DNA of 64,000 nucleotides from an uncultured bacterium (GTDB lineage Bacteria; Fidelibacterota; Marinisomatia; Marinisomatales; UBA1611): NCBI GenBank assembly GCA_965660855.1, contig CBFIBM010000009.1, positions 15,588 to 79,587 of the forward strand, read 5' to 3'. Shown piece by piece: positions 60,592 to 64,000 of this stretch (position 1 is its first letter; each line of letters starts with the position of its first letter). The notes under the pieces were generated by a model. It saw only the letters and a program-made list of their open reading frames with translations, ran no database searches and was not told where the DNA came from. The position numbers and the translations under genes were made by a program.

Positions 60592-63500
60592 TTAATAGTA
60601 CTGGACTACTTGATTACGTTGAACAATATAGAGCTTAACAATTTTATCTCCATGTGTTGTTGTAACGTTAGCAATGTATGGTCCACTTGCTACAGGCAAT
60701 TCACTTCCATTTCGTAAATCCCATTGTAAATATTGACTAGTTGTTGAATTGTGTGTCAGCTTTCTTACCATTACACCATCAATTGAATAAATTTTAATTT
60801 CAACGTCACTTCCATCATCTGGAAGGTGTGTAAAGGTTACGAAATTTCCAAACCTATCTGTCTCTTGCTCGTTTGAAGCATAGTATGGATTTGGAAAAAC
60901 ATTAATCATTTCTAAATCTGATTTTTTCTTATCTTCAGATGCTAATGGAGCTGAGGATGTAAACTCAAAAATATCATCAGCAGTATTACCCTTTGCAGTA
61001 ACAAAATTGAAATAATGATTAACGGTCAAAATATTTCCTAATTTATCATAATTTCCAATTTGAGGTAGCGATGAGGCTCCACCATTTGGAGAACCTGTCA
61101 CATAACTACCTTCTTCATTAGGACCATAAAAAGCACTAAACAAAGTAGCGGTTACGAATGGGTAGGTAAATTCACCTGCAGAGGAACCCCAAGCTGAATT
61201 TGAAGACAGAGCTAAACCATCATAAAAATCACCTTCTATTGTTTGTCCTGCTCCAGCTTCAATGTACTTAGCAACTGAATCAGGGCTATAACTAATCTCC
61301 GTACCATCTAAATTATAACCTTGAACCGCATAAATTGGTTCCCAACATTCTGCTCCATATGTAGGAGCAACCCAGTCATAAATTAATTCGCCTGGATTTT
61401 CTGGATCATCTTCAAAATTAACACTCCAATGGCCATCATTATTTGAGTCATAAATAATAGAGAATAATCTTATGGTATCTCCGCCGAATGGCTTCACACG
61501 ATATATCGCAAAGGGTTGATAAACAGGGTCACCATATGTTGCGCTAGAGGCATCAGATGAGTCTGTATGCAACCAACCAGAGTAATATTCCCAACTTAAA
61601 GAAGAATCACCAAAATCAATAACAACATTATCAAAACCCCAATAATCAAATCGGTCATAATCTCTTGAATAAGATGGTAAGTTTACATCTCCAGCTCTAT
61701 TATCTAGAATAAAACCCGTTTGTGAAAGACTAGGGGATAGATGTGAATCTGTAGTTCCATCTACCAAAACATCATTACTTGGCCATGAGGCATATTCATC
61801 AATTTCAACAATTGTATTTGGCGCTGGACCACTCACAACAACTTGTAGACCATCTGTTATTGGTTGGTCAACATCAAGTTGATTTGCAGCTTGTTTAAAA
61901 AATGGAACAAGCACTTCATTTGTAGTTGTATTTGTTAATCTCCAGAGATCACCACTAACGGTTTCACCATTATAATGAACATATGAAGTGTCTGTAATAA
62001 ATGAAACCCTATACGTATCACCAGTGGTCTGTGCAGGGTTAGTAACCGTTGCTGAAACTTCACCTTGTCCTGGACCTGTATGAGCAACCGCTAAACCATC
62101 TCCTGCAGCTGAAGTATAAGACTCACCAAATCCGGCTGGTGTTAATTTTACTGGGATTGGAGTTAAGGCGGTTTCCAATGCTTTATCTTCAATCAAAGGT
62201 GGTTCAGCATTGTAGTTATATGCACTTACCGCAAAGAAATACTCAGAACCAACATACAACGGACCACCCGTTAAATGATCCATTGAAATTACAAGCTGTC
62301 TAGAGACACCTTTATCAAGTCCGTATTGGACTGGAATTTCAACTGTAGTTCCATACTCTGGTATAAATACATTACCCATAATTGTTTGTACACCATCATT
62401 TAAATCATATGTTCCAATTCTTACAGCCTCATCAACAGTAGCAGTAGCACTTGGCAACTGGTAAACATTGTAGCCTTGGAAAGCATACCCCGAAATATTA
62501 GAACTTTCTGTAGCTTGAACAGACTCAGACCCAGACCAATCTAAGAGGACTTGGTCTTCAAATGCAGTTGCATTAACAACTGGTGCTGGCGGTGCAGCTG
62601 GAACAGATGAAAATAAATCATCAAAAAGGGTTTGCGCAACTAAATCTGTATTTTTTACATCTGTAACAGAAGTAAGATAAGTATCACCAATTCCACCAAT
62701 AACCGCTGCAACAATATCTTGCGTATCTCCAACGGCTAAGGTAAATGGTCCGGCATTAATTAACATACGTCTATCTGCAGGACTTGAATCAAGCTCACCT
62801 GTACCCGCGACTGGATCACCAGACAATGGAAACTTTGTTTCAGAGCCGTCTGAATTTGTCCATGCTGTTGGATTCTCTAAATCATCTGCCGGAACAAAAC
62901 CTCTCATAAGGTTGTAGTATTTTCTAGCAGAAGAAACATCTCCATAAGGACTTGGGTCAGAATATTCTCCACCTGCTACAAAATAACCAAAACTTGATGC
63001 TGGTAAATTCTTGTAACCTGGTCGTTTTTTCAAATTAAAAATCGCTGTGTCTCCAGGGCTCTCAACAATTGGACCTGCAAAAAAATCATAACCTACAGCT
63101 GCAGGTGCTAGGCCAAAAGCTGAGTAATCTCCATCATCAGCAACACCATTATAACCAAACATTAAACTGGTTGATGTATCAACACCAACAAAATCATTCG
63201 TATAATCACCAATGTCAGGATCAGACCACATAGAAATATATGCTTCTAATAAATCTTTAGAACCCTTGTTAATTAAACGCACATTTTTAAAAATGATTTG
63301 ACCTAATGCAGCACCGGGCTGATTATACCCCCAAAGTGTATATTGTGCTTCTAAACCAATTGGATCTGTACCATACAGAGCTGCTGTAGCTCCAACATCA
63401 GCATCAGTGGTAACATACCAGATAACTTGATCTGCATCTGCAATACCTGGAGTTTCACCAAGATCGGGCTCATAAACTCCATTATTGTTTAAATCATAAA

Positions 63501-63999
63501 AAGGTGCACCTAAATGAGTTGGCCAATTATTCCAGTCTTCTTCATATTGGTCAAGAACCCCTTGGATTTGAGCGTCAGTTACCGCTGAAACAGTAGTTTC
63601 ATTCATTTCAGCTGCATCAACACGAACTTGGTCATAAGTCAAACTTTCATAACCTTTCCGAATCCGATACAGTCTTACATCATCTCCTGTAGTTAGTGAA
63701 CCACCTACACCATCAATATAGCCAGAGACCATACCATTTGTATAAATAGTACCAGACACGTGAAGCAAATCACCAGTTCCATCTCCATCAGAATCTGTTT
63801 TCCCACCTACCAATACACCATCTAGATAAATGTTCGCCGCTGTCCCACGTGGATAAATTCCTCCACTTCCACCACTTGGAGTATGAGCTGAATAGGCATC
63901 ATCTTTTTGCCAATATCCAAAATTACCGATATTAATCAGCGAATATGCTGGATTATCGGTAGCAAGTTTTGGAGAAAAGCGTAAATTATCATTCCAAGA
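60592..63999 (-). CDS. Large acidic secreted protein with T9SS-type C-terminal sorting domain; 5'-truncated by the window edge
   Basis: Frame is open to the window end (SWNDNLRF...YLDGVLVGG). DLNNNGVYE Ca-binding-like loop, WSDPDIG, GPFTLAVGDTQ, C-terminal VFPNPY...IKIYSIDG...WDLRN...VASGPY. Confidence 0.8.
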   Translation of the reverse strand, partial: SWNDNLRFSPKLATDNPAYSLINIGNFGYWQKDDAYSAHTPSGGSGGIYPRGTAANIYLDGVLVGGKTDSDGDGTGDLLHVSGTIYTNGMVSGYIDGVGGSLTTGDDVRLYRIRKGYESLTYDQVRVDAAEMNETTVSAVTDAQIQGVLDQYEEDWNNWPTHLGAPFYDLNNNGVYEPDLGETPGIADADQVIWYVTTDADVGATAALYGTDPIGLEAQYTLWGYNQPGAALGQIIFKNVRLINKGSKDLLEAYISMWSDPDIGDYTNDFVGVDTSTSLMFGYNGVADDGDYSAFGLAPAAVGYDFFAGPIVESPGDTAIFNLKKRPGYKNLPASSFGYFVAGGEYSDPSPYGDVSSARKYYNLMRGFVPADDLENPTAWTNSDGSETKFPLSGDPVAGTGELDSSPADRRMLINAGPFTLAVGDTQDIVAAVIGGIGDTYLTSVTDVKNTDLVAQTLFDDLFSSVPAAPPAPVVNATAFEDQVLLDWSGSESVQATESSNISGYAFQGYNVYQLPSATATVDEAVRIGTYDLNDGVQTIMGNVFIPEYGTTVEIPVQYGLDKGVSRQLVISMDHLTGGPLYVGSEYFFAVSAYNYNAEPPLIEDKALETALTPIPVKLTPAGFGESYTSAAGDGLAVAHTGPGQGEVSATVTNPAQTTGDTYRVSFITDTSYVHYNGETVSGDLWRLTNTTTNEVLVPFFKQAANQLDVDQPITDGLQVVVSGPAPNTIVEIDEYASWPSNDVLVDGTTDSHLSPSLSQTGFILDNRAGDVNLPSYSRDYDRFDYWGFDNVVIDFGDSSLSWEYYSGWLHTDSSDASSATYGDPVYQPFAIYRVKPFGGDTIRLFSIIYDSNNDGHWSVNFEDDPENPGELIYDWVAPTYGAECWEPIYAVQGYNLDGTEISYSPDSVAKYIEAGAGQTIEGDFYDGLALSSNSAWGSSAGEFTYPFVTATLFSAFYGPNEEGSYVTGSPNGGASSLPQIGNYDKLGNILTVNHYFNFVTAKGNTADDIFEFTSSAPLASEDKKKSDLEMINVFPNPYYASNEQETDRFGNFVTFTHLPDDGSDVEIKIYSIDGVMVRKLTHNSTTSQYLQWDLRNGSELPVASGPYIANVTTTHGDKIVKLYIVQRNQVVQYY

Positions 64000-64000
64000 A

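Overview
AT-rich, gene-dense bacterial chromosome segment of about 57 CDS with very short intergenic gaps and frequent TTG/GTG starts. No rRNA, tRNA, IS element, prophage or CRISPR array was seen. The gene content (PorV-like barrel plus T9SS-type cargo, archaeal/eukaryote-type ProRS, DGGGP-synthase-like UbiA, type B L31) suggests a streamlined FCB-group bacterium, possibly Marinimicrobia/SAR406; this is inference. Most genes are housekeeping: carAB, ligA, dnaE, dtd, prfA, prmC, rpmE, rho, folC, murI, amidase, eno, ftsB, recO, proS, mgtE, plus a small polysaccharide cluster. The top finding is an orphan Cas6b-like RAMP protein (32746-33777). It has an intact Cas6 G-loop, lacks the usual catalytic His pair, carries a 123-aa charged tail, and sits in a rho-cas6L-aminotransferase-rpmE operon with no cas genes or array in the window, so it is a candidate domesticated RNA-binding factor. 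Other leads are an orphan Na+-type MotAB pair, a catalytically eroded type II dehydroquinase, two tandem small membrane paralogs with a structured leader, a K+ channel paired with a stand-alone cNMP-binding protein, a DGGGP-synthase-like gene and an Sm-like small protein. The supplied ORF track mislabels the strand of 51541..53163, which is on the + strand.
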